This document shows positions 39,684-48,501 of a DNA stretch of 64,000 bases, piece by piece; position 1 is the stretch's first letter, and each line of letters starts with the position of its first letter. The notes under the pieces are model-generated. The model saw only the letters and a list, made by a program, of their open reading frames with translations, searched no databases and had not been told where the DNA came from. Both the position numbers and the translations under genes were made by a program. Source of the stretch: Gemmatimonadales bacterium (GTDB taxonomy: Bacteria > Gemmatimonadota > Gemmatimonadetes > Gemmatimonadales > GWC2-71-9); the NCBI GenBank assembly GCA_037189525.1, contig JBBCJC010000002.1:1056001-1120000 (forward strand), read 5' to 3'.

Positions 39684-40733
39684 GTGAAGGCGGAAGCATC
39701 GGGCCGGACACGGGAGGTCGAGGCGCTCGTCAGTCCGGATGAGCTGCTTGCCTCGCTGCCCCGGTCACCCGAGACGGCCGCGTTCGTCGAGACCTCGCGC
39801 GACACGATCCGAGAGATCATCCATGGCCGCGATCGGCGGCTCCTGGTCGTCGTCGGCCCCTGCTCGATCCATGATGTCGATGCCGCGTTGGAGTACGGCC
39901 GCTGGCTGGCCGATCTGCGGGCGCGCTGGCAGCACGAACTCATGCTCGTAATGCGGGTCTATGTCGAAAAACCCCGGACCCGGGTGGGGTGGAAGGGACT
40001 CATCAACGATCCCGATCTCACCGGAACCGGTCGGATCAATCTCGGCCTTCGGGCGGCTCGGCAGCTGTTCGTGGAACTCAACCGTCTCCGGCTGCCCGTC
40101 GCGACGGAGTTCCTCGACATGATCTCCCCGCAGTACCTGGGCGACCTGGTGGCGTGGACGGCTGTGGGCGCGCGTACGACCGAGAGCCAGCTGCACCGGC
40201 AGATGGTGTCCGGTCTACCGATCCCGACGGGGTTCAAGAACACCACCGACGGCAACGTCGAAGCGGCCGTCAACGCCATTCTCTCCGCGGCAACCGAACA
40301 TCACTTCGTTTCGCTCACGGGCGCCGGAACCGCCGCGCTCGTTACCACAGCGGGGAACCCTGACTGCCATGTCGTGCTCCGCGGCGGCCGGGTGCCGAAC
40401 TATGATGCGGCCGCGGTCGATGCCGCGTGCCATACGCTCGTGCGGCACGGGCTCGGACCCCGGATCATGGTGGATTGCAGTCACGGCAACGCCGCCGGCG
40501 ATGCGCAGCGCCAGCTCGTGGTGGCAGCCGATGTTGCCCGCCAGGTTGCATCCGGGTCGAGTCGTGTGCTCGGCGTCATGCTGGAGAGCAATCTCGTGGC
40601 AGGTGCGCAGCGGTTGGTGCCCGGTGAGGCGCTGCGGTTCGGCCAGAGTATCACCGACCCCTGCCTTGGGCTCAACGATACCGCGCTTGCGTTGGAGGGC
40701 CTGGCTCGGGCGGTTCGCCAGGCCCGGGGGTGA
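39684..40733 (+). CDS. DAHP synthase, class I (AroF/G/H-type)
   Basis: GPCSIHD, EKPRT.VGWKG, GARTTESQ, DCSHGN and SITDPC; GTG start inferred after GGAG. Confidence 0.93.
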   Translation: MKAEASGRTREVEALVSPDELLASLPRSPETAAFVETSRDTIREIIHGRDRRLLVVVGPCSIHDVDAALEYGRWLADLRARWQHELMLVMRVYVEKPRTRVGWKGLINDPDLTGTGRINLGLRAARQLFVELNRLRLPVATEFLDMISPQYLGDLVAWTAVGARTTESQLHRQMVSGLPIPTGFKNTTDGNVEAAVNAILSAATEHHFVSLTGAGTAALVTTAGNPDCHVVLRGGRVPNYDAAAVDAACHTLVRHGLGPRIMVDCSHGNAAGDAQRQLVVAADVARQVASGSSRVLGVMLESNLVAGAQRLVPGEALRFGQSITDPCLGLNDTALALEGLARAVRQARG

Positions 40734-40745
40734 TCGGGCGGAGCG

Positions 40746-42011
40746 TCAGGCGAACCGGTCTTCGGGATAGATCGCGGCCGAGGTGAGCAGGCCGGCCACC
40801 AGCGATACCGCGGTCAGGACCATACTGAAGGCGGTATCGATTCCCGCGACGACCTGGCTATCGAGCAGCGCGGAAATGCTCCGGAAGCCGACGCTGCCGG
40901 GCACCAGGGTCAGGAGCCCCGGCACCAGCGTAATGGCTGCCGGCCGCCGGGTGATTCGATAGAAGAGATTGCTGCCCAACCCGACCGCCAGCGCCCCCAC
41001 GAAAACGCCCATCTCCGGTCCGAGCACCGATCCGCCCAGCCGGGTGGAGACGAATGCGATCACCGCCGACAGCAGGATCCAGCCGATGTCTCGCCGGTCG
41101 GCGCGCAGCAGCAGCGAGAACGCAATCGCAATCACACCCAGCGCCAGCCAGTTGACGATCACCGGCATCGGCGCCGGCACCACCGCCGCCACCGGACCGA
41201 CCAGCAACACGGCAACCTTGTGGCCGAGCGCCACACCGAATCCGATCCCGATGAAGGTCATGAACGCGCCCGCCATGCGGGTGGTGCCGGCGGTGAGGTG
41301 CGAGGTGGCCAACTCGGTAATGGCCGTGGTCAGCGTGAGGCCCGGGATCAGGACGATCAACCCGGCCAGTGTCGCGAGCCAGACCGAATAGCCCCCGATC
41401 AGCGCACCAAGCAGCGTCATGATCGTCGAGCAGAGGAAAGCCGCCAGGAACTCGTAGACCCGCGCCACATGGGGCAGCCGGGCCGCCGTCGTGGCTAGTG
41501 CGCCGATCCCGAGCCCGCCCAGGGCGGCCATGCCCATTTCCGGCCACGCGCCGCCCAGGAATCGCGCGGCGGCGGCAGAAGCGAGTCCGTGGCCGACGAT
41601 GATGAAAAGTGGATTCGGATCGGGAACGACCGAGAGCGCCATCAGGCGCTTCATGCCCTCGGCCACCTGCACCTCACCCGACAGTACTCCGCGCGCGACC
41701 TCGGTGACCCGGGCCAACTGGCCGAGATTCTGAGGGCGCGGCCCCGTCCGCATCATATAGGTCGATTGCGTGATGCCCGACCCGAAGGACGCAAAGATCG
41801 AGGTGGGTGTCACGAAGTACTGTCCGGTCAGGCCGAGCCGATCGCTCATCGCGGTAAGGGCATCTTCCAGCCGGTGGGTCGAATACCCGGCGGCCTGCAG
41901 CGCCAGCGCCAGGTCCATGATGAACGGGATTCGGGCATCGGCGTTGATCCGATACTCCCCGGTACTGAGACGGTGTTCGCCTGTTCTGACACGGAATTCG
42001 CCGGTGGCCAT
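40746..42011 (-). CDS. Threonine/serine exporter family protein (ThrE)
   Basis: About ten TM segments, VLIPGLTLTTAITEL and LVPGSVGF. Confidence 0.85.
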   Translation of the reverse strand: MATGEFRVRTGEHRLSTGEYRINADARIPFIMDLALALQAAGYSTHRLEDALTAMSDRLGLTGQYFVTPTSIFASFGSGITQSTYMMRTGPRPQNLGQLARVTEVARGVLSGEVQVAEGMKRLMALSVVPDPNPLFIIVGHGLASAAAARFLGGAWPEMGMAALGGLGIGALATTAARLPHVARVYEFLAAFLCSTIMTLLGALIGGYSVWLATLAGLIVLIPGLTLTTAITELATSHLTAGTTRMAGAFMTFIGIGFGVALGHKVAVLLVGPVAAVVPAPMPVIVNWLALGVIAIAFSLLLRADRRDIGWILLSAVIAFVSTRLGGSVLGPEMGVFVGALAVGLGSNLFYRITRRPAAITLVPGLLTLVPGSVGFRSISALLDSQVVAGIDTAFSMVLTAVSLVAGLLTSAAIYPEDRFA

Positions 42012-42072
42012 GGCCGGAAAATAATCACGGTCATTGTTGATTTTCCGGTATCATTGGGGTATCGTCTTTTTG

Positions 42073-42435
42073 ATGCGGTCCTGTCTCAACCCCCTCGCGC
42101 GGCTGCGCCGGTCCCTCGGTCCGGTTGCCGTAACCCTGCTCCTCTTCTTCGGAGTGGCGCAGGCGGTTGCGGCGTGGCATGTCGCGCGCGGGACAGACCA
42201 GGATCGTGTCTCGGTTGCGGCCGCCGACGTGTCGACGCCTTCGGGCGGGGGGCATGTCGACGACGGCTGTGCGCTCTGCTCGACGCCGGTGCAGCCAACC
42301 TTTGCGGCCGTTCTGATCTCGATCGTCGTCGAGATGGCGCCGCGCCGGATGGCTCCGCTCGAACCCACTCTCCTTCCCGCATCTCCCATCGTACTCGGCG
42401 CCAGCGGACCTCGCGCGCCACCAGCCGTTTCCTGA
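42073..42435 (+). CDS. DUF2946-like leader protein with CxxC and C-terminal RAPP motif
   Basis: Hydrophobic N-terminal segment, HVDDGCALC, and a C-terminus GPRAPPAVS*; directly upstream of a TonB-dependent receptor. Confidence 0.75.
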   Translation: MRSCLNPLARLRRSLGPVAVTLLLFFGVAQAVAAWHVARGTDQDRVSVAAADVSTPSGGGHVDDGCALCSTPVQPTFAAVLISIVVEMAPRRMAPLEPTLLPASPIVLGASGPRAPPAVS

Positions 42436-42569
42436 TTTCACGCTTGCGATAGTCTCGACTGCTCCAGTCGAGGCACTGATGTGTCGCCGGTGGGACACGT
42501 CGTTGGATCGTTCGAGACGTCTGTGAACCGCGCGTGGTCGCGGCTGCCGGCGTCCAGAGGAAGTCGGAT

Positions 42570-44852
42570 ATGGTTGTTCGTTGGTTCGTCCTTATCGGTC
42601 TGCTGCTTGCCGGCAACCGTGAGCTGGCCGCGCAGTCGCCCAATACCGGCACGCTGCGCGGTACCGTCGTCGCGGCCGATGGCGGACCCCTCCAGGCGTC
42701 GCTGATCCGGGTGCTCGACCGGCATCTGACCGAAACGACGCACGCCGACGGCTCGTTCCTGTTGCCGGCGGTTCCGATTGGTCCGCAGCGGGTGGCCATC
42801 ACGGCCATCGGGTATCAGGCGTTCTTCACCACCGTCACCATCACCCCCGGCGATACCGTCCGGCTCGATGTCACCCTCACGCCGGCGGTCCTGCGGCTCG
42901 AGGAGATCGTGACCACCGGCACCATCAGTGCCCGGGCGCGGAGCGAGGTGGTGAGTCCGACCTCGGTCGTGGCTGGCGCGGCGCTCGATCGCCAGCTGGA
43001 TGCGACGGTTGCGGCCTCGCTCAGGCACGAACCCGGCGTGGCGGCAGGCGGTCTGGGGCCGGCCACCTCCCAGCCGGTGATTCGCGGGCTGAGCGGCGAT
43101 CGGGTCGTGATGCTGCAGGACGGAATTCGGCCGGGTGACCTCGCCTCGACCTCGGCCGACCATGCGGTGACCGTGGATCCGTTGACGGCCCAGCGGATCG
43201 AGGTGGTCCGCGGCCCGATGTCGCTGCTCTACGGATCGAGCGCGCTCGGCGGGGTGGTCAACGTCATTCGGGAAGACGTGCCCGCTTCTCGGCCCGATGC
43301 CCTTCACGGCGCCGTCTCCGCCCAGGCCAGTTCGGTCAATCGGGGCGCCACGCTGGGCGGGTATGCCGTGTCGGGCCTCGGTCCGCTGGTGGTGCGCGGC
43401 GAGGGCACCATCCGCCGCGCCGGCGACACCCGGACCCCGAAAGGCCGCCTCACCAACACGGACGTGGCCACCCTCGACCTGTCCGGCGGCGCCTCGTACG
43501 TTGCGCCTAACGGTTATGCCGGGTTGTCGTACCGCTACTTCGACAACGACTACGGTATTCCGGGCGGGTTCGTCGGCGGGCACGCCGAGGGTGTCGACGT
43601 GGCGATGCAGCGGCACACGGTCCGCTCGACGTTCGATCTGCATCCGACCAGCGATACCTGGGAGAGCATTCGGGCCAACATCGGCGGCACCTTCTATCGC
43701 CATACCGAGTATGAATCCAGCGGGGCGGTGGGAACTCGCTTCCGCCAATCGTTCCTGAACGGCACGGTCACCGCCCGGCATCGCGGCGTGCTTGGCGCGA
43801 GCAGCGGCGCCATCGGGGTGGGTGGGCACTACCGTTCGATCCGGACCGGTGGCACGCTGCGCACCCCGGCGACGGCGGACTACTCGCTGTCGGCGTTTGC
43901 CGTGCAGGAGTACGGCGAGGGCCCGCTCCGGCTCCAGGCAGGATTGCGTTTCGACTTTGCGCACTACGATCCGCGGGAGCGTTCCGTCTTTCAGATCGAA
44001 GGCGAGCAGGTCGAGGCCGTGTCGCGATCGTTCGGCGCCTTTTCCGGATCGGTCGGCGCCATATACGATCTTGGCGACGGGCTGGCCATCGGCGGAAGCG
44101 TGGCCCGCGCGTATCGCACGCCCGATTTCAACGAGTTGTACTCCAACGGTCCGCACCTGGCGGCCAACTCCTACGACGTCGGCGACCCGCGTCTGGTCGA
44201 GGAAACGGGGCTGGGCCTCGACGGCTTCGTGCGACTGGATCGGGCGTCGGTGCGGGTCGAGGTCGCCGCGTTCCGCAACCAGCTCGATAACTACATCTTC
44301 CCGTCGAGCCGCGGCCGGGCCGTCATCGGGCGACAGGGCGGCCGTCCGCTCTTCCAGTTTACCAATGAGGCCGCGGTCTTCCAGGGCTTCGAAGGATCCT
44401 TCAGTGTCGGCCTGTCCCGCCGGCTGGTGTTCGATGCGACGGTCTCGTATGTCGCGGCGAAATTCACCTCCGATCGCGCCCCGATTCCGATCATCAGTCT
44501 CGATCCGCCCGACACCTCGTTCGTGGCCGCATCGGACCATCCTCCGCTCATCCCGCCACTCTTCGGCAACGCCGAGTTGCGCTACGAGCGGCCGCAGTAC
44601 TTCGCGGGCGCCGGGATGCGGTGGACGGCGCGCCAGTCGCGGCTCGGCGATTTCGAAACCGAAACGGCCGGGTCCGTGGTCGGCGAACTGCACGCGGGCG
44701 TCCGGCTCCTGATCGGCGGCCAGTTCCACACGCTGACGCTCCGGGTCGACAACCTGACCAATGCGGAGTACTACGATCACCTGTCCCGCATCAAGGACAT
44801 CGAGCCCCAGCCGGGGCGCAATGTCAGTTTGCTCTATCGCTTCACGTTCTGA
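42570..44852 (+). CDS. TonB-dependent receptor with His-containing plug (ZnuD-like metal uptake type)
   Basis: PVIRGLSGDRV, SADHAV, IEVVRGPMSLLYGS, ELYSNGPHLA and a terminal Phe. Confidence 0.9.
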   Translation: MVVRWFVLIGLLLAGNRELAAQSPNTGTLRGTVVAADGGPLQASLIRVLDRHLTETTHADGSFLLPAVPIGPQRVAITAIGYQAFFTTVTITPGDTVRLDVTLTPAVLRLEEIVTTGTISARARSEVVSPTSVVAGAALDRQLDATVAASLRHEPGVAAGGLGPATSQPVIRGLSGDRVVMLQDGIRPGDLASTSADHAVTVDPLTAQRIEVVRGPMSLLYGSSALGGVVNVIREDVPASRPDALHGAVSAQASSVNRGATLGGYAVSGLGPLVVRGEGTIRRAGDTRTPKGRLTNTDVATLDLSGGASYVAPNGYAGLSYRYFDNDYGIPGGFVGGHAEGVDVAMQRHTVRSTFDLHPTSDTWESIRANIGGTFYRHTEYESSGAVGTRFRQSFLNGTVTARHRGVLGASSGAIGVGGHYRSIRTGGTLRTPATADYSLSAFAVQEYGEGPLRLQAGLRFDFAHYDPRERSVFQIEGEQVEAVSRSFGAFSGSVGAIYDLGDGLAIGGSVARAYRTPDFNELYSNGPHLAANSYDVGDPRLVEETGLGLDGFVRLDRASVRVEVAAFRNQLDNYIFPSSRGRAVIGRQGGRPLFQFTNEAAVFQGFEGSFSVGLSRRLVFDATVSYVAAKFTSDRAPIPIISLDPPDTSFVAASDHPPLIPPLFGNAELRYERPQYFAGAGMRWTARQSRLGDFETETAGSVVGELHAGVRLLIGGQFHTLTLRVDNLTNAEYYDHLSRIKDIEPQPGRNVSLLYRFTF

Positions 44853-44914
44853 TGGAGAGTACCTACTGATCCGGCCCGACCGGGGCGGATCATCGATCCT
44901 GAAGGAGGCTTGTC

Positions 44915-45355
44915 ATGGCAATTGCAGCGTTGGTTCGTCGCGGTCTCGCCGCGAGTGCGTTGGTGGGGATGGCGTTCGTCGCCGGCTGCGGAGACGAAGA
45001 TGATGATCACGATCACGAGCCCGAAGTGGAGACCATGCGGGTCGTCATCGGCGGCACCACGGTGAATTTCTCGGGGGCCACCTGCTCACCGTCGGTCTCC
45101 TCGGTCACCATCCCGACAGCCGGGGCGGCCGTCACCGCGTCCTTCCTGGATGATGATGGCGTCGTGCTGGATCTTCACGATGACGAATTCCAGCTCAACG
45201 TGGAGCCGACGGGCCGGTTCACCCGGTCCGGCGCGTTCAGCGGGAACCTGAGCGGTGGCGCGGCCGGTGCTGCCAACATCAGCTTTGCGCTGTATCATCT
45301 CGAGGAACAGCATACCGATTTCGGGCCTTGCACCGTCTCGGTCGTCGTCCAATAA
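44915..45355 (+). CDS. His/Asp-rich lipoprotein
   Basis: Lipobox VAGC followed by GDEDDDHDHEPE; also LYHLEEQHTDF. Confidence 0.75.
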   Translation: MAIAALVRRGLAASALVGMAFVAGCGDEDDDHDHEPEVETMRVVIGGTTVNFSGATCSPSVSSVTIPTAGAAVTASFLDDDGVVLDLHDDEFQLNVEPTGRFTRSGAFSGNLSGGAAGAANISFALYHLEEQHTDFGPCTVSVVVQ

Positions 45356-45374
45356 CACGAATCGAGTCGATCGG

Positions 45375-45410
45375 AACCGGCGGGGGCTTTTCTCGAGCCC
45401 CCGCCGGTTT
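45375..45410 (+). terminator. Intrinsic terminator
   Basis: AACCGGCGGGGGCT...AGCCCCCGCCGGTT followed by T. Confidence 0.75.
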
Positions 45411-45422
45411 CACATTTGGGGG

Positions 45423-46130
45423 ATGACAGCTCCCGTTGCTCTCGTTACCGGCGCCACCGAAGGGATCGGACGCGCCATCGCCGAGGCACTCTGCCAAGGC
45501 GGATACTCGGTGGCCATTACGGCCCGCACCGAATCCCGGCTCCGCGAAGCCCTCGCCGAACTGACCGCGGACGGCCACCGGGCCACCGGCTTTGCCGCGG
45601 ACGTCTCCGACCCGGCGGCGGTTGCCCGTCTGGTGGAACACACCGAACGTGAACTCGGCCCGGTCGACGTTCTGGTCAACAATGCCGGCATCGGCATCCT
45701 CGGTCCGATCGACGATTTTTCGCTCGAAGAATGGGACCGGACCTTTGCCGTCAACGTGCGGAGCCTGTTCCTGCTGACCAAGGCGGTGCTGCCCGGTATG
45801 CGCGCCAAGCAACAAGGCGACATCGTCAATATCGCGAGTCTGGCCGGGAAGAACGGCCTCGCCCACGGCGTCGCGTACAGCGCTTCCAAGCATGCGGTGG
45901 TGGGCTTTGGCCGGTCGCTGATGGCGGAAGTGCGGAAGGACGGCATTCGGGTGGTGACGGTCTGCCCGGGCAGCGTCGATACCGCGCTGCTTCGCGATCA
46001 GAACACCCTCAAGCCCAACTTCGATCGGATTCTGCGTCCCGCGGATGTGGCGGCGGCGGTGGTCGACGCGCTGCAGCTGCCGCGCCGCGCCTTGATCAAC
46101 GAAATCGAGATTCGCCCGGCCAACCCCTGA
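45423..46130 (+). CDS. SDR family oxidoreductase
   Basis: TGATEGIG, NNAG and YSASK. Confidence 0.92.
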   Translation: MTAPVALVTGATEGIGRAIAEALCQGGYSVAITARTESRLREALAELTADGHRATGFAADVSDPAAVARLVEHTERELGPVDVLVNNAGIGILGPIDDFSLEEWDRTFAVNVRSLFLLTKAVLPGMRAKQQGDIVNIASLAGKNGLAHGVAYSASKHAVVGFGRSLMAEVRKDGIRVVTVCPGSVDTALLRDQNTLKPNFDRILRPADVAAAVVDALQLPRRALINEIEIRPANP

Positions 46131-46139
46131 CCGGGCGGT

Positions 46140-47627
46140 TCAACTCCGCCGGGTCAGGGTCGAGTAGCGCGCGGGGGTGCCTCGGCGGATCAGTTCGAGA
46201 TGCGGGGCGGCCACGGCGGCAAACTGCTGCGCGACGGCTGCGGCTTCGCGTGAGGTGGTAAAGCGATCGGCTTCGAGCACCAGCGCACCGATGACGCGTC
46301 CGGCCACCCGCAGCGAAACCGCCAGCCCTTCCCGATCCGTTCCCTGAATCAGGGTCCAGGGCCGTTCATCCTCCAGCACGCTTCGCGCGCCCGATTCGGC
46401 AATCACCCGCACCGGCAGGTCGGGCAGCGGACGGATCACGTCGGGGGTGAGTTCGACGTATTCGGTTTCCGAGGTCCGCAGTTCGAAACGCAGCGCGTCG
46501 TGCGAAACCAGTTCGGCCACTTCGGTCGCGAACTTGTGCAGCGCTTCGCCGAGGTGGGCCGTGGCCGCCAGGGCTTCCGCGGCGCGCAGCACCGGGAGCG
46601 AGGGGGCCTGGAGCACCTCGAGCTGGCCGCGGAGGCCCTGGGCCTCCGACTCGAGCCGGAATGCGGTAACTCGCGGGGCCACGATCCGCGCCACCTGGAG
46701 GGCCAGCGCTTCGTCGCGGTCGCGGTAGAGCGACTGGGCTGCATGGCCCAGGACGAGCATGCCGATGGCTTCGCCGCCTAGCGAGAGCCGGGCGCCCAGG
46801 ACCGAGCCGATCCGGCTGTGGCCGCCGCTGCCGCCCGGCAGAGAGAGGCCCGGCGCTTCGCCGGCCAGGTTGGCAATCGAGCCGGTCTGGTTCGGTCCTA
46901 GGCATTCGCTGAGCAGGGCCACGATATCCTGCCAGGTACTCGCGGCCGAGCCCCAGCGGCGGCGCCCTCCGGCTCCGGACAGCGGTACCGCGGTCTTGGC
47001 GCCGTTGGCAAAGGCCAGGATCTCGAGCCGATCGTGCGGCAGGTGCGGATGTAGCAGCCCGGAGAGGCGGCGGACCAGTTCCGGTCCGGTCGGCGCATTG
47101 CCGGCCAGGCTCAGCAGGGCTGATACCAGGTCGTCCTCGATCGGGGCCGCCGGTTCCGCCGGGGCAACCATGGTCGCGCTGAGCGCAGCAAGCGAAGCGG
47201 CCAGGCGTTGGGCCAGCTGGCGCAGCAAGCGGGCCGCGGGCGCGCCGTAGCTGCCGGCGTCGAAGGTGCCGACCAGGATCAGGCCGACGTCGCGCCCGTC
47301 GGAATGGACAGGCACCGCCGCCGCGCTCGCGTATTTGGCGCGCCGGAGGGTGTCCTCCAGTTCGAACAACTGGTCCTGAGTCAGGTGCGGGTCGGGTAGC
47401 GGCACGGCCAGCCGGTCCTGGGCCAGGGCGTCGGGGCCGAGCAGGATGGCGCCCCCGCGTTCGGGGAAAACCCAGAGCCCGAAGATCTGATGGGGAATGT
47501 CGGCGGCCACCAGGTTTGACAGGGCCATATGCCACGACGCCACCGCAACCGGGTCGGGGGTGCCGGCGGTCAGGTCGAGCACCGGTACCAGAAGCGTCCC
47601 CAGCGGGGGCGTCGGATCGTTCGTCAT
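46140..47627 (-). CDS. Multi-GAF-like domain protein with no recognisable output domain
   Basis: Three segments ending in GAF-like strand-helix patterns (VPVHSDGRDVGLILV, RLSLGGEAIGMLVL, SLRVAGRVIGALVL). Confidence 0.6.
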   Translation of the reverse strand: MTNDPTPPLGTLLVPVLDLTAGTPDPVAVASWHMALSNLVAADIPHQIFGLWVFPERGGAILLGPDALAQDRLAVPLPDPHLTQDQLFELEDTLRRAKYASAAAVPVHSDGRDVGLILVGTFDAGSYGAPAARLLRQLAQRLAASLAALSATMVAPAEPAAPIEDDLVSALLSLAGNAPTGPELVRRLSGLLHPHLPHDRLEILAFANGAKTAVPLSGAGGRRRWGSAASTWQDIVALLSECLGPNQTGSIANLAGEAPGLSLPGGSGGHSRIGSVLGARLSLGGEAIGMLVLGHAAQSLYRDRDEALALQVARIVAPRVTAFRLESEAQGLRGQLEVLQAPSLPVLRAAEALAATAHLGEALHKFATEVAELVSHDALRFELRTSETEYVELTPDVIRPLPDLPVRVIAESGARSVLEDERPWTLIQGTDREGLAVSLRVAGRVIGALVLEADRFTTSREAAAVAQQFAAVAAPHLELIRRGTPARYSTLTRRS

Positions 47628-47786
47628 GGCCGATTGCGGGTTCTGCAGGACCCATGCCTCATGGCCTGGATTGTAACATATTGCTGTAAAATAGGTTAGG
47701 GTGATCGGTCGCGGTGGGCTCCGGGGGCGGGTGCAACATCCTGCCGTGGCTTGCCTGGGACAGGCCGGCATGATTTTCTTTGCTGG

Positions 47787-47999
47787 ATGACGTTACTGAC
47801 GCTGCATATCGATGGGATGTCCTGCGGTCACTGCCTCAACGCGGTCAATCGCAGCCTGGGGGGCCTGGCGGGTGTGGTCATCAAGTCGGTGGGGATTGGC
47901 CGGGCGGAGGTGGAGTTCGATCCGGCGGTGACCAGCGAAGCGGCAATCATCGCTGCCGTGAAGGACGCGGGCTACCCGGCCACCCCGGTCGCGTCCTAG
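47787..47999 (+). CDS. copZ: Heavy-metal-associated domain protein, copper chaperone-like
   Basis: IDGMSCGHC and DAGY; 70 aa. Confidence 0.88.
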   Translation: MTLLTLHIDGMSCGHCLNAVNRSLGGLAGVVIKSVGIGRAEVEFDPAVTSEAAIIAAVKDAGYPATPVAS

Positions 48000-48064
48000 T
48001 CTGCCGGACCGGGAGAAGCTCCGCCGAGGAGCCTCTCCCGCTGTCCAGTCCGAAGGTTAAAGCG

Positions 48065-48487
48065 TCAGGGAGCAGTCCGGCCGCGCTCCATCCGGGCGTC
48101 GAGGCTGTGCGGCCCGGCCCCCCGCGCCGAGAAGAAGAGCCAGAGGAAGCAGTAGACCAGCGCCAGCTCCCCGCCGTTGGCCCACCACCAGAAGCTGTTG
48201 TTGCCGAATGCCCAGTGGGCCGTCAGGTACGCTGCGGCCATCAAGCCGGACGCCAGGAAGGCCGCGGGCCGGGTGAAGAGCCCGATGGCAATCAGGACGC
48301 CCCCGACCAGCTCGATCACCCCGGCCAGGCCGAAGCGGCTCATCAACTCGGCGGTGCCGCCGTTGGGACCGAAACCGCCGAACCAGCCCAGCAGTTTCTG
48401 GGCGCCATGCGAAGCAAACGCCAGCCCGCCGACCACCCGGAGTGCGGTGAGGCTCGCCGTCGTGAATGCTGAGGGTGATGTCGTCAT
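48065..48487 (-). CDS. DoxX family membrane protein
   Basis: HGAQKLLG, ELVGG..IAIGLFTR and GAGPHSLD. Confidence 0.9.
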   Translation of the reverse strand: MTTSPSAFTTASLTALRVVGGLAFASHGAQKLLGWFGGFGPNGGTAELMSRFGLAGVIELVGGVLIAIGLFTRPAAFLASGLMAAAYLTAHWAFGNNSFWWWANGGELALVYCFLWLFFSARGAGPHSLDARMERGRTAP

Positions 48488-48501
48488 TTCGATCTCCTGG
48501 T

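Noticed and set aside
42438..44780. 780-aa minus-strand ORF
   Set aside because: Antisense to the well-supported TonB-dependent receptor.
42570..44852. Ferric-catecholate receptor of the siderophore cluster
   Set aside because: Separated from the cluster by an opposite-strand gene, no Fur-like box seen, and the His motifs and CxxC/RAPP leader point to other metals; not fully excluded.
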